IMG/VR virus record: IMGVR_UViG_3300047471_000162
Coordinates: 48,904 to 112,903 of that record
Reading direction: 5' to 3' (one strand)
Source: a virus
Length of the DNA: 64,000 bases
The position numbers and the translations under genes were made by a program. Position 1 is the first letter of the stretch. Every line of letters starts with the position of its first letter. A model generated the notes under the pieces. The model made no database searches. It saw only the letters and a program-made list of their open reading frames with translations, and was not told the origin of the DNA. Shown one piece after another: positions 9,043 through 18,693 of this stretch.

Positions 9043-11433
9043 ATGAGTAACGGCTACGGTGTTGATTTCTTTGGAGTAGCTACCTATGGCTATTCCCAGC
9101 CATCTGATTACAGCGTAGCTCCATTCAATGCATATCAAACAGACTATTTAAAAATTACACTGAAGTGGCTATCTCCTAATAAGACATTATGGAAGTCTCT
9201 TCAATTAGTACGAAGTGTATATGGCTATCCTTCTTCACCTGCTGATGGTGTGCAGCTACTAACAGTAGTACCATCTGCTATGACAAATACATATGATGAT
9301 ACTAATCTAACCGCTGGAAAAATTTACTATTACACCATGTTCTTGAGCCTGGAAGCCCCTACATGGTCCAATGCAAATACCTATGGTGTTGGTCAAGTAG
9401 TTCTTTACAATAATCAGTATTGGTCCAGTCTTACTGTTGGAAATATTAATAACACTCCAGTAGTCGGATCCTCATTTTGGCAGAGCACTGTATACCAGCC
9501 TATTTGGTATCCCGCTGGCTATACTGCTAGCTTAGCCCTGAAGAACTATGGATATACCTCTCTTCTATACAACAGAACTCCTCAGCCCTATAAGGTTTCT
9601 AATTCTGATCTATTTGCTAACACTGTTGTAGATAATCCAGCGCTGTTCCACTACCTATCTTTGTTCGGTTTCCACCTGGATATGACCAAGACGGAATATG
9701 ATCTCTATCTTCAGGGAAATAATCCAGATATTATCTCGGCAGTATCCTTGGATGTATTAGGACAGCAACTTGGTTTTACTACTGACTATATTTCTTCTCC
9801 CCAGTTACGTCGTCAACGAGTTAAGAATACGACTGTCAACTATCGTTTAAAGGGAACTGCTCAGAGTATTCATAACGCTATAGCTGCTATAACTGGTTGG
9901 GATAGCGTTGTTACCGATAGCATTAATATGCTACAAGACGGAGATCAAGCAGCTTTTGCACACCCTAGATACGATTTATGGAATCCGGCTACTACTTATT
10001 TTGTTAATCAACTAGTGCAATTCAACGGGTTTAATTACAAGAATCTACTTCAGTCATATGGCCAAGCTCAGGCTCCTTCAGGTACCAGCTCAGCCAATAC
10101 TTGGTGGCAAGCTCAGATCTCAGGAACTTCTTCTCAGCTGACGGATACAACAGTTCTAAAGAACCCCACCAACTATGTCTCTGGCGGACCAGACGGTACT
10201 GGTGGATTCTCTACATGGTATCCAACTCCTACAGGTGGGTACTCCGGAACTATTCAACAGAATGGTATTGTCACTGGGCTACCACATCCTACAGATAACA
10301 CTATTAATAACTGGAATGCTCTAGCTTATGTAGATACACAGACTGCTTTATCTGTATCTCTTGCCAATTCTAGTGCTGGTATTCCTGTAGCACCTAACTG
10401 GAGTAATTCTACTAACTATGTAATTAATAACTGGGTCACTTCTAACTCGGTTACCTATATAGCTAAAAGACCCTCCGGCCCTGGAACTCCCTATGGTTTC
10501 ATAACACCTGGAACTAACGATACTTTTTGGTACGCTACATTCATTCCTATTTCTCCATCTCCAAATAGAGTGCAGTATCTGACGGATGGTGTTCCCCTAA
10601 TTCAGTACCGTCAGTGGGATTCATCTATTACCTATCAAATAGGGACACAGATTCTATACTTCGGTATTGTGTACCAGGCGATTAATATTAATAAGAATAG
10701 TAAGCCTTCTGGGTACTACTATTCAAATAAGGACTGGATTTATATACAACCTGCCGAGAATATTTATACAGCCTCCGCTTATCAGACTCGATTGACAACG
10801 AATACAACTGCTAAGCCATCTTTTATGGATGTAGAAATTTATGACAGTCTAAATAATTCTCAAGACTTCTTTAATAATGCTACTAACTCTTTCTTAGCCA
10901 GATTCGACGGAGACTATTCAGATCTCAATGGAATTAATGACAATACTTTGGCTAGTCTAGGTCGTCCATGGACAGCCACACCGTCTACAGCCAAGCTATG
11001 GAGATCCAATTATGGAATGGCTACTGTAGACCAGTCACTATTCGGGACTACTACATATGTATATCTAACAATCGCTTCAGGTATCTCTGATATTCTTTCT
11101 GGAATAACCTTTGTTACCGACTATACTGACGCTGCTCATATTGGTCATGGAATAATCTTTAGATTCCAAGATGCCAATAATTTCTGGTACACAACTAGAA
11201 AGACTTTGTATAAGGTTGTTGGTGGAGTAGAAACATCTATGGCTACATGGACTCGTCTATTGGATGGGGATAGAATGCTAGTGGTGACCAACGGATCAGC
11301 TATTTTGGTATACAAATATGTTCGCGATGGTACTAATACCAATGTATCGCTAGCAAATATCACTGATGCAGCGCTACAGACTGCCACCGTTCACGGATTA
11401 ATACAGAAATACTCACCATCAGGAGCTGTGTAA
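9043..11433 (+). CDS. Baseplate/tail protein with four CBM5/12-like repeats
   Basis: Four W.....Y..G..V.Y.G..Y...W repeats; gpI-like segment LDVLGQQLG...RLKGT..SI. Confidence 0.7.
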   Translation: MSNGYGVDFFGVATYGYSQPSDYSVAPFNAYQTDYLKITLKWLSPNKTLWKSLQLVRSVYGYPSSPADGVQLLTVVPSAMTNTYDDTNLTAGKIYYYTMFLSLEAPTWSNANTYGVGQVVLYNNQYWSSLTVGNINNTPVVGSSFWQSTVYQPIWYPAGYTASLALKNYGYTSLLYNRTPQPYKVSNSDLFANTVVDNPALFHYLSLFGFHLDMTKTEYDLYLQGNNPDIISAVSLDVLGQQLGFTTDYISSPQLRRQRVKNTTVNYRLKGTAQSIHNAIAAITGWDSVVTDSINMLQDGDQAAFAHPRYDLWNPATTYFVNQLVQFNGFNYKNLLQSYGQAQAPSGTSSANTWWQAQISGTSSQLTDTTVLKNPTNYVSGGPDGTGGFSTWYPTPTGGYSGTIQQNGIVTGLPHPTDNTINNWNALAYVDTQTALSVSLANSSAGIPVAPNWSNSTNYVINNWVTSNSVTYIAKRPSGPGTPYGFITPGTNDTFWYATFIPISPSPNRVQYLTDGVPLIQYRQWDSSITYQIGTQILYFGIVYQAININKNSKPSGYYYSNKDWIYIQPAENIYTASAYQTRLTTNTTAKPSFMDVEIYDSLNNSQDFFNNATNSFLARFDGDYSDLNGINDNTLASLGRPWTATPSTAKLWRSNYGMATVDQSLFGTTTYVYLTIASGISDILSGITFVTDYTDAAHIGHGIIFRFQDANNFWYTTRKTLYKVVGGVETSMATWTRLLDGDRMLVVTNGSAILVYKYVRDGTNTNVSLANITDAALQTATVHGLIQKYSPSGAV

Positions 11434-13853
11434 TGCCATTGCCAAAAATAAGCACACTTAATAATGTCTACATCAATGGTGTACTTAATAAACAATGGAA
11501 CGCCAATGGTGGAACTTTTGGGTTAGTAAATCCTGTCGACTTTATCACCTCAACATATGGTGCTAATGGCTATGGGCAGAATTACTATGGTGGAGTTATT
11601 CCTAACTCTGCTACACCGTATGTTCAAGCTACATCTGTACCTAGCTTTTTCGGTGCGTCACTATATGACGCATCTAATAGTAGTTTCTCAGCACAGATCA
11701 CAGCAGCGCCTAATGGTAGTGGCTCGGTACAAACTTCTATTGTAATGAAGCAGGATGAGCATAACTATGTAGAAATGTATGTAGGTCCTGATGGTAAGTT
11801 TGGTGGGTATTCTTCTAATGGGGGAATACCTGCTATCCCTACTCAGCTATTTCCTGCGTATAACCCTATAGCTCACGCTTACTGGAGAATAAGAAATGAT
11901 ACTTTCTTATTCTTCTTCGAAGCTTCTCCTGATGGAGCCACTTGGACTACTCTAGCTAGTATTAATTACAGTTGGGATATTACTTCTGTAACTCTCATGT
12001 TCTTTGCCGGATATTCTGGTAAAGAGGATCAAGGTTTACGCGCGTTTATAAACCATGTAAATCAAAACACTGTTTCTACAGTCCTATCTGCTAAAGTACA
12101 GAATTCTTCGTTTATTCATGGTGCTGTAGTAGTAACAAATCCCAACGCACTATCCGGAACGGCTTCGGGCTTCAGTGGAAGAAATTCCACCTTCCATGCG
12201 GTCAGTGGAATAGGTCAGGGTGGTCTTACCGACTTTGGTGTTGTACAAATTGGTCATGATGATCCGGCTACCGCCAGAATAATCTCTTATATACCAGTAA
12301 ATATCAGTGGTGGAGCCTCTGTTGCTTGGGCTCGCAGCTATAACACTATGGTTCCTGCGGCACCTTATCGTGATGGAAGTTATTGGCAACCAGGAAAGAC
12401 AGCTATTCTTAACGTTGGTGCACAGTCAGTAAACGATACATTCCAGCAAGCTATGACTAGCGTTCAATTCGAGAAGACTCCAGGATCATTCAATAGACTG
12501 AATCCTAATGTAGCTTTTTACACCGACACCTGCGAATTCGCGGCTCAAAAGTCTCTATCAGGTAATGGTGTAGGTTCTCAGAATGTCACCCGCAGCAAAG
12601 ACATAGCCTATGCTGGAAACTTCTCCGGGAAGATGGTGTTTGGTGGCTCTCCAGCTACTGATGGATCCGGACATACAGCTTACTGGCCTTATCCAACGCG
12701 CAAAGCGTTAACACCAATCATTAACAATACTTTAGGGCAGGAAACAGTAAGAGGATCAGTAGCCTTAAATACAACAAGAGCTGGAACCCAATGGTATCCA
12801 GCCCTGGCTATCTATGATGCTAACTTCAACCTGCTTTCGCAAAGCACATTCCTTTCTGCATCAGTACCCACGTTAGTTACACACCCTGGTGGAGGAAACT
12901 GGCAAGTGGCTTCTGTTCTTCTACCAACAGGTATAACTGCGGCTCGATGGATAAGTGTAGTACCTGTAGTTATCGTCCCTGGAACTACACCAGAGACTGT
13001 CTATATGAGTGATCATACGATTGTGGGTATTACTCCTACAATCTCGTCATATCCGTCTACTTATGTAGATCCTCAGCAATATACTATTTCACTGAAACCA
13101 GATCGTCTGAACTATGCAGCTAATTCTGGATTCCCCGCCAATATAGACGGATGGAACATAGCATCTGATGGAACCTCTGGTAGCCCCGATTCTTTGTCTC
13201 TGAGTTGGGACAGCACTATTGGATTTAATTCATTAGGATCTTTGAAAGCGCACTTAGCAGCACCTTCTGGTACCTACACAGGTACTGCTAATGCAAGAAC
13301 TGGACCAGCTAGTTATCTAGTAAGTACTACATCTTCTATGTTCCCAATAATCCAAGGTTTGAAGGTAGGTCACACATATACCTTCTCTGCTTGGATCAAG
13401 CAAGGTGTTGGTTGTCCAGATATCCAGATGCATATTCTTGATCCTAACTACACTGGTCTTTATAACACTAGTTTGAGTCATATTCAGAATACTGATCCCA
13501 GTGCTAGCCAAGGAGGATGGCATAGAATGTATGCCACCTTTACTATTCCACCCGACGGGGGTTCTGATTACCGACTATGGTTTACCGTGCAGTATACCGA
13601 CATAGTAGCTTTGGCTCCCTTCGATTTCTGGATTGATTCTATTCTGGTAGAAGAGACTTCACTGGTAGGTACTTATTTTGATGGTGGTTTTGCTTCTCCT
13701 GAATACCAGTATGAAATGCAAGGTGGACCTGACAATAGATCTTATTACTACAAGGACTACACCAATAAGCTGGCTAGAATTAATGCAATAATTCCTCAGT
13801 ATGCTCCTATAGCCTCTTCATATAAGTTATTAACTGCACAACCTCCTACATAA
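11433..13853 (+). CDS. Tail fibre / receptor-binding protein with carbohydrate-binding-like domains
   Basis: Beta-rich; GHTYTFSAWIK and FWIDSILVEE...YFDG motifs. Confidence 0.65.
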   Translation: MPLPKISTLNNVYINGVLNKQWNANGGTFGLVNPVDFITSTYGANGYGQNYYGGVIPNSATPYVQATSVPSFFGASLYDASNSSFSAQITAAPNGSGSVQTSIVMKQDEHNYVEMYVGPDGKFGGYSSNGGIPAIPTQLFPAYNPIAHAYWRIRNDTFLFFFEASPDGATWTTLASINYSWDITSVTLMFFAGYSGKEDQGLRAFINHVNQNTVSTVLSAKVQNSSFIHGAVVVTNPNALSGTASGFSGRNSTFHAVSGIGQGGLTDFGVVQIGHDDPATARIISYIPVNISGGASVAWARSYNTMVPAAPYRDGSYWQPGKTAILNVGAQSVNDTFQQAMTSVQFEKTPGSFNRLNPNVAFYTDTCEFAAQKSLSGNGVGSQNVTRSKDIAYAGNFSGKMVFGGSPATDGSGHTAYWPYPTRKALTPIINNTLGQETVRGSVALNTTRAGTQWYPALAIYDANFNLLSQSTFLSASVPTLVTHPGGGNWQVASVLLPTGITAARWISVVPVVIVPGTTPETVYMSDHTIVGITPTISSYPSTYVDPQQYTISLKPDRLNYAANSGFPANIDGWNIASDGTSGSPDSLSLSWDSTIGFNSLGSLKAHLAAPSGTYTGTANARTGPASYLVSTTSSMFPIIQGLKVGHTYTFSAWIKQGVGCPDIQMHILDPNYTGLYNTSLSHIQNTDPSASQGGWHRMYATFTIPPDGGSDYRLWFTVQYTDIVALAPFDFWIDSILVEETSLVGTYFDGGFASPEYQYEMQGGPDNRSYYYKDYTNKLARINAIIPQYAPIASSYKLLTAQPPT

Positions 13854-13873
13854 TTAAATAGTAAATACATATT

Positions 13874-13920
13874 TAAAGGGTATATCTAGTAGTAATTATT
13901 ACTATTAGATATACCCTTTA
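13874..13920. terminator. 22-bp inverted repeat at the end of the tail operon
   Basis: taaagggtatatctagtagtaa-tta-ttactattagatatacccttta. Confidence 0.7.
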
Positions 13921-13936
13921 GTTGTGTATAAAGACA

Positions 13937-13965
13937 AGTGTAGTACCGTCTGGGGTGTCTGTCAA
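13937..13965 (-). promoter_or_regulatory. Leftward sigma70/HrdB-type promoter
   Basis: TTGACA-17-TACACT on the minus strand. Confidence 0.5.
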
Positions 13966-14010
13966 GGTGTGCTAGGCTGTAGCCATCACACACTTCAAGA
14001 GGAGATATAC

Positions 14011-14277
14011 ATGATCATCGCAGCAGTAGCTCTAGCAACCTTCTGGGCATGGCAATTTATCTTTGCCTATGTCCCTTGGTTACCTGATTATGTTGCGCAT
14101 TTCTTAGTACCTCTTATGGCATTCGGATTCTTCTTTTTACCTCAGATATTCTTATTACCCTTAGCAGTAGCTGCCATTGTTGGGTTGCTTCATAGACTAG
14201 CTAACTCTATGCTGAGAACAAATACTCAGGTGACTCTGCCTAAGCGTAGATCAAATATTCCGCCTCCACCACGTTGA
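14011..14277 (+). CDS. Small multi-pass membrane protein
   Basis: GAGGAG SD; hydrophobic segments and basic tail. Confidence 0.65.
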   Translation: MIIAAVALATFWAWQFIFAYVPWLPDYVAHFLVPLMAFGFFFLPQIFLLPLAVAAIVGLLHRLANSMLRTNTQVTLPKRRSNIPPPPR

Positions 14278-14321
14278 CATCCCCGCCCTTCTGGACTAGA
14301 GTTCTTCTCATCAGCCCAGCA
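14274..14321 (+). promoter_or_regulatory. HrdB-type promoter with conserved leader
   Basis: TTGACA-17-TAGAGT; 26/28 nt identical to 52862-52889. Confidence 0.75.
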
Positions 14322-14344
14322 GGGCAAACTTTTTGAGAGGAGCT

Positions 14345-15337
14345 ATGATGCAGGACTACACCAAGGATCTGACTATTCTTGTGGCGGGTACTGGCAGGAC
14401 CAGTGTCAAGAATCTTGAAGCGAACATGCTTGATTTTATCTTTGGTCCTGCACCCTCTGAGGGTGAGGAGGAGCTTGAGCGTGATGTTGTAATTATTGTG
14501 CCTGAGTCATCTGATATTCCTGCTGGTATTTCTACACTCCTTCAGTGGGGTGAGGAGCATGGTATGGAGTTCTCCCTTATTCAGGGAGAGGACGATCGAG
14601 AAGCTATGGAAAAGGCATTCGAAGAGATTGCCATTGCTCATGGTTCTGGTCGTGAGACTGCTATGGTTATGCTCTATGATCCCAGTAGCAAGTATGAGAA
14701 GGGTAGCAATGATCTTTCTGACCGAGAGATCATTGGGGATGCTAAAAACCATGCTTGGCTCAAGACGTATAATCTCTGCGAAGGACTCATTGATTCCTTT
14801 GATGGTTTCGAGACCACTGATGAGCGGCTGAAGCGTGAGCGCCTTCAGAAAGAGTACGATGCTGAGTTGAAGCGCAAGGAAGCAGAGGACAAGCCTGTCA
14901 AGAAGGCAGTAGCTAAGAAGGCTACAGTGCCCCGTAAGCAGGCTGCCAGCAAGGCAGTGGCAGCAGTAGACAAGCCTCTCACGGAAGAGGCTCAGAAGCC
15001 CCTTGTAGCCCCTCTAGAGACTGCTTGTGTTCATTACTTCTTGCGGGGAGATGAGCAGAAGGATACTGATCCGCTAATCTGTAAGAACTGTGGAGAACTT
15101 GATCCGGAGAAGCCTCTAGAGCTGTCTGGTACTATCGCTATCAAGCCCACTCTACCTACTGATCTTTCTCCTGTACCTGACGAGGTTTGGAAGGATGTTG
15201 CTAAGGCAGTACCCTCTACCAGCACTGTCACTGTTAAGAAGGAAGACCTGGCCTTGCTGGGTAACTCCATCAAGGATATGGCAGTAGCATTCAGCGACGC
15301 CATGAAGGTATTTACGCAGATTCTGGAGGATAACTAA
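14345..15337 (+). CDS. Hypothetical protein
   Basis: GAGGAG SD; long ORF. Confidence 0.8.
   Translation: MMQDYTKDLTILVAGTGRTSVKNLEANMLDFIFGPAPSEGEEELERDVVIIVPESSDIPAGISTLLQWGEEHGMEFSLIQGEDDREAMEKAFEEIAIAHGSGRETAMVMLYDPSSKYEKGSNDLSDREIIGDAKNHAWLKTYNLCEGLIDSFDGFETTDERLKRERLQKEYDAELKRKEAEDKPVKKAVAKKATVPRKQAASKAVAAVDKPLTEEAQKPLVAPLETACVHYFLRGDEQKDTDPLICKNCGELDPEKPLELSGTIAIKPTLPTDLSPVPDEVWKDVAKAVPSTSTVTVKKEDLALLGNSIKDMAVAFSDAMKVFTQILEDN
14920..15025. other. Two-armed periodic segment (candidate gyrase site)
   Basis: ggctacagtgccccgtaagcaggc...gaggctcagaagccccttgtagcccctctagagac. Confidence 0.45.
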
Positions 15338-15348
15338 TAGCCTATCCA

Positions 15349-15477
15349 GTGATAAACACTGTGCACATTGTCCCTATTGACCCGATCAGTATTCTAATTC
15401 TTGCTTTGATAGAGTTGTTCATTATACTCCTAGCATTAGGAGTACTTCTGTATACCTATACCACTAAGGACGCATGA
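15349..15477 (+). CDS. Small membrane peptide
   Basis: 42-aa ORF with one long hydrophobic stretch. Confidence 0.35.
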   Translation: MINTVHIVPIDPISILILALIELFIILLALGVLLYTYTTKDA

Positions 15478-15572
15478 GTATATGACAAGCCAGGATTTCC
15501 TGGACGACCTATAATAGGACTTCCCTTTTGATGTTACACTAGAAGAAATTCTATCAAAAGGGAAGTCTTATT

Positions 15573-16163
15573 ATGTTTACTAGAAAATGCGGTACTTGCG
15601 CCCAGGATAAGCCACTAATATCCTTCGGCTTAAAATCTAAAGACCCCGTGAAATATCACTACACATGTCTAGAATGTGTAGCTGTATATTTAAAAAATCG
15701 CAAGTCCGAATTAAAAGCCTCATCAGGGGGTTGTATAGTTTCTCGTTGCAGATTCTCAGCAGAAGATACTATGTGTGCTCGCCACACTTTACGTTGGTCA
15801 TATATATCTACCTTTACCAAGGTAGTACAAACAGGTGACGAATGGTATCACCTATTAGGTAGCGCGGGCACTAAGGGTCCTGATGGGTATATAAAGATCA
15901 AGTTTTCTAGCCATCCAAATAGTAAATTACATGGGGCTTTGCCAGAACACACCTTAGTTATGACATACATGGTGGGTAGAGCCCTATTCCCTGGGGAAAA
16001 TGTTCATCATAAAAATGGTGTACGAGATGATAATCGTCCAGAAAATCTGGAACTTTGGTCAAAATCGCAACCTGCTGGTCAACGAATAGACGATAAAGTA
16101 AACTGGGCAATTGAATTACTTAGTGTATATAAGCCGGAGGTATTAATTAATGGTGTCCGATGA
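15573..16163 (+). CDS. HNH homing endonuclease
   Basis: ENVHHKNGVRDDNRPENLELW. Confidence 0.9.
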   Translation: MFTRKCGTCAQDKPLISFGLKSKDPVKYHYTCLECVAVYLKNRKSELKASSGGCIVSRCRFSAEDTMCARHTLRWSYISTFTKVVQTGDEWYHLLGSAGTKGPDGYIKIKFSSHPNSKLHGALPEHTLVMTYMVGRALFPGENVHHKNGVRDDNRPENLELWSKSQPAGQRIDDKVNWAIELLSVYKPEVLINGVR

Positions 16164-16572
16164 ATTTTTAATAGATCTATGGGGATCTCCAGAACCGGAG
16201 GTTCCCATTAAGTCGTCTGTATTTAATTCAATTACACTTACCAAATACTTTCAGGATAGGCTATTGTCTTCATCCTGGTATAAAGGTTTTGGTATTGTCA
16301 ATCAGCGCGCTATGGCTGGTCAGTTGTCACAGTGGAAGCGCCTAGGAGTACCAGCTGATACAGTCTATGCCATGATAGATCTCTACATGGAGGACTACAC
16401 TATGAGAGGTAAGTCCCCTAGTTGGCAGGACTTCATCTATCAACGTGATAAGCTTGCGTCTTCTCTTCCGAACACAGGAGATAAGTCGCAGCTTGACACA
16501 GACCCCCTGCTTGAGGCAGACTACAACCCAGAAGAAGCCATGCGCCAGTATCTTGCAGAGAGGAATAACTAG
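16150..16572 (+). CDS. Hypothetical protein (replication initiator position)
   Basis: GGAGG SD; directly precedes the DnaC-like loader. Confidence 0.6.
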   Translation: MVSDEFLIDLWGSPEPEVPIKSSVFNSITLTKYFQDRLLSSSWYKGFGIVNQRAMAGQLSQWKRLGVPADTVYAMIDLYMEDYTMRGKSPSWQDFIYQRDKLASSLPNTGDKSQLDTDPLLEADYNPEEAMRQYLAERNN

Positions 16573-17246
16573 TGGCATTCTCTAAGGAGTTCTATGATGG
16601 TCGATGGGAGCAGGCCAATATTCCCATCAAGATGCGAGGATTTCGTATAAAAGACTATAAGCCGGTGAGTAACAGTGGTGGAGTAGCTGCCCTTAAGGCT
16701 CAAGATTTTATTGATGACTTCTCCAATCGTTTTATCTCAGACAATCGAGCCGCTGCCGGTGATCTTCCTGAGGATAGGTCCCGAATCGGACAGGGTATGA
16801 TGCTGCTCGGCCCCAATGGCACGCGTAAGACTACTCTTGGGATTGCTGTACTGACTGAGCTACAGTATATTTCTCTTAGCTACCGTGGTTTCTATATTCG
16901 TTTCTCCGAGTGGCAGCGCTGCCTTACTGATACTTATAGTAAAGATAACAGTGCACGTATTACAACTGCCAAGAAGATGCTAGCCCTGGCAGAATTTATG
17001 CCAATCGTACTTCTTGATGACCTTGGGCAGGAGTACCGCACAGCTTCTGGTTTTACTCGTGATAAGTTTAATGAGTTTCTACGTGTACGCTATGATGCGG
17101 CACGTCCTACTATCGTAACTACTAATGAAGATCCTGACAGCATTCGAGAGATCTATGGTAAGAGCCTTGACAGCTTCCGCCATGATGCTTTTGGTGAGCC
17201 TATCCAGCTGCTTGGTCGGGATTCTCGTAAGCCTGGAAGGAATTAA
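16572..17246 (+). CDS. DnaC/IstB-like helicase loader ATPase
   Basis: LLGPNGTRKTT, VLLDDLGQE, R.RY....PTIVTTN, G.D.R. Confidence 0.85.
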   Translation: MAFSKEFYDGRWEQANIPIKMRGFRIKDYKPVSNSGGVAALKAQDFIDDFSNRFISDNRAAAGDLPEDRSRIGQGMMLLGPNGTRKTTLGIAVLTELQYISLSYRGFYIRFSEWQRCLTDTYSKDNSARITTAKKMLALAEFMPIVLLDDLGQEYRTASGFTRDKFNEFLRVRYDAARPTIVTTNEDPDSIREIYGKSLDSFRHDAFGEPIQLLGRDSRKPGRN

Positions 17247-17248
17247 CT

Positions 17249-17494
17249 ATGGAAGAATCCCGAAATATCTATGATATCCTCTCGAAAATTGAGTGGGAGG
17301 GTGGTATAGATGCAGTTTTGGATTATGGAATGCGTAATATTGATGAGTATGATGTCCCTGGTGAGTTGAAGGAGCAATGGGCAGAGATGTGCGATGCCTA
17401 TGCGGAGTTCGAGACTTTGCGCGATGAAATGGACAGAGCTCTATCACGTTTTGAGATTGAGTATGGAGAGAAGAATCCTACAGAGGAGTACTAA
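17249..17494 (+). CDS. Small acidic hypothetical protein
   Basis: Coupled ORF. Confidence 0.7.
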   Translation: MEESRNIYDILSKIEWEGGIDAVLDYGMRNIDEYDVPGELKEQWAEMCDAYAEFETLRDEMDRALSRFEIEYGEKNPTEEY

Positions 17495-17679
17495 TGTCAT
17501 ATGAGTACGAGATTGATAAGATTATCACTGTGTTTGACGCGCAGAATATGGAGGAGAGTGAGCTTCAGAGATTCCGCGAGTATCTTCGAGATATCCTTGA
17601 TGACTTTGAGGACGCAGCTTATTATCGCGGCATGGATTCTGTTCATGCGTGTTGTGATGATGGGTGTGGTTACTACTAA
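17494..17679 (+). CDS. Small acidic hypothetical protein
   Basis: TAATG coupling. Confidence 0.65.
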   Translation: MSYEYEIDKIITVFDAQNMEESELQRFREYLRDILDDFEDAAYYRGMDSVHACCDDGCGYY

Positions 17680-17837
17680 TGATGGATACTTTCGCTGAGA
17701 TTTATCAGGCTAAGTTCTACTGTGTGGAGTGTGACTCAGTAGTTATTCTTGTCTCTTGGAAGGATATCCTCAATAGTGGTGGAGTTCAGCGCTGTGATTG
17801 TTCCGACTTCGAAGATGAAGAGGAGGATGACGAGTGA
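17679..17837 (+). CDS. Small Cys-containing hypothetical protein
   Basis: TAATG coupling; 52 aa with CxxC and CxC. Confidence 0.55.
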   Translation: MMDTFAEIYQAKFYCVECDSVVILVSWKDILNSGGVQRCDCSDFEDEEEDDE

Positions 17838-18526
17838 ATATCGTACTTGAGGGCATCGTAGGCAGTACTGCCTACGGCCTTGCAACGCCTCTCTCAGACG
17901 TTGACAAGCTAGGTATCATGCAACTCCCCACTACTCACTTCCTAGGGCTTTCTAGCCCCTCTGAGAGCTCTCTGAGCTATGTTTCTACAGAGCCTGACGT
18001 GACCTATCATGACATCGGCAAGTTCAGCCGCTTGGCACTGAGTTGCAACCCAACGGTGACTGAGCTACTGTGGCTCCCTGATGACCTGTACACCGTGCGC
18101 ACAGAGCTAGGTGATCTTCTTATCCAGTTCCGTATGGCGTTCCTTTCCGCACAGCGTGTGCAGGATGCCTACATGGGGTATGCTGTCTCTCAGTTCAAGC
18201 GATTGAGTGAGCGAGGAGACTTTGGATCGGATACACGTAACCGTATCCAGAAGCATGCACGTCACCTCTTGCGCCTGATGCATCAGGGGTATACTCTCTA
18301 CTCAACAGGAGAGCTCCCGATCCGTCTGGAAGATCCCGAGCAGTACCACGCTTTCGGTAGACTGGTGGCTAAGAAGGCTAAATATGCTGAAGAGGCGGTT
18401 AGTAACTATCGTTTTATGTTCTCTAAGGCTGATACCGTACTTCCTGAGAAGCCAAATACTGAACTGATAGAAACAATTATTCTCAATACTCGTATAAATT
18501 CTTTGAGGAGTAGCAGTGGAGATTGA
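17834..18526 (+). CDS. Pol-beta-superfamily nucleotidyltransferase (YcgL/RlaP-like)
   Basis: GSTAYGLATPLSDVD...NPTVTELLW...KHARHLLRL. Confidence 0.85.
   Translation: MNIVLEGIVGSTAYGLATPLSDVDKLGIMQLPTTHFLGLSSPSESSLSYVSTEPDVTYHDIGKFSRLALSCNPTVTELLWLPDDLYTVRTELGDLLIQFRMAFLSAQRVQDAYMGYAVSQFKRLSERGDFGSDTRNRIQKHARHLLRLMHQGYTLYSTGELPIRLEDPEQYHAFGRLVAKKAKYAEEAVSNYRFMFSKADTVLPEKPNTELIETIILNTRINSLRSSSGD
17860..17995. other. Two-armed periodic segment (candidate gyrase site)
   Basis: gcctacggccttgcaacgcctctctcagacg...cctagggctttctagcccctctgagagctctctgagc. Confidence 0.45.
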
Positions 18527-18692
18527 CTGGGACGACTATGTGATTGGTAACGACTGGGTAGATACGGGTAAGCGATTCGTTTACCATGATGTAAAGGGAT
18601 GCCCCGATACTTCCGAGGAAGGTCTTTTCTCTCTTCAAGAGTTCATTGACTGGGCTCTAGAGCATCACGAGATTTGCAAGAAGGAGAATTAA
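18516..18692 (+). CDS. Hypothetical protein
   Basis: GAGGAG SD with GTG start; 58 aa. Confidence 0.55.
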   Translation: MEIDWDDYVIGNDWVDTGKRFVYHDVKGCPDTSEEGLFSLQEFIDWALEHHEICKKEN

Positions 18693-18693
18693 A

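Noticed and set aside
15475-15531. Possible TGA readthrough of the small membrane ORF
   Set aside because: The short open extension is compatible with chance and has no supporting signal
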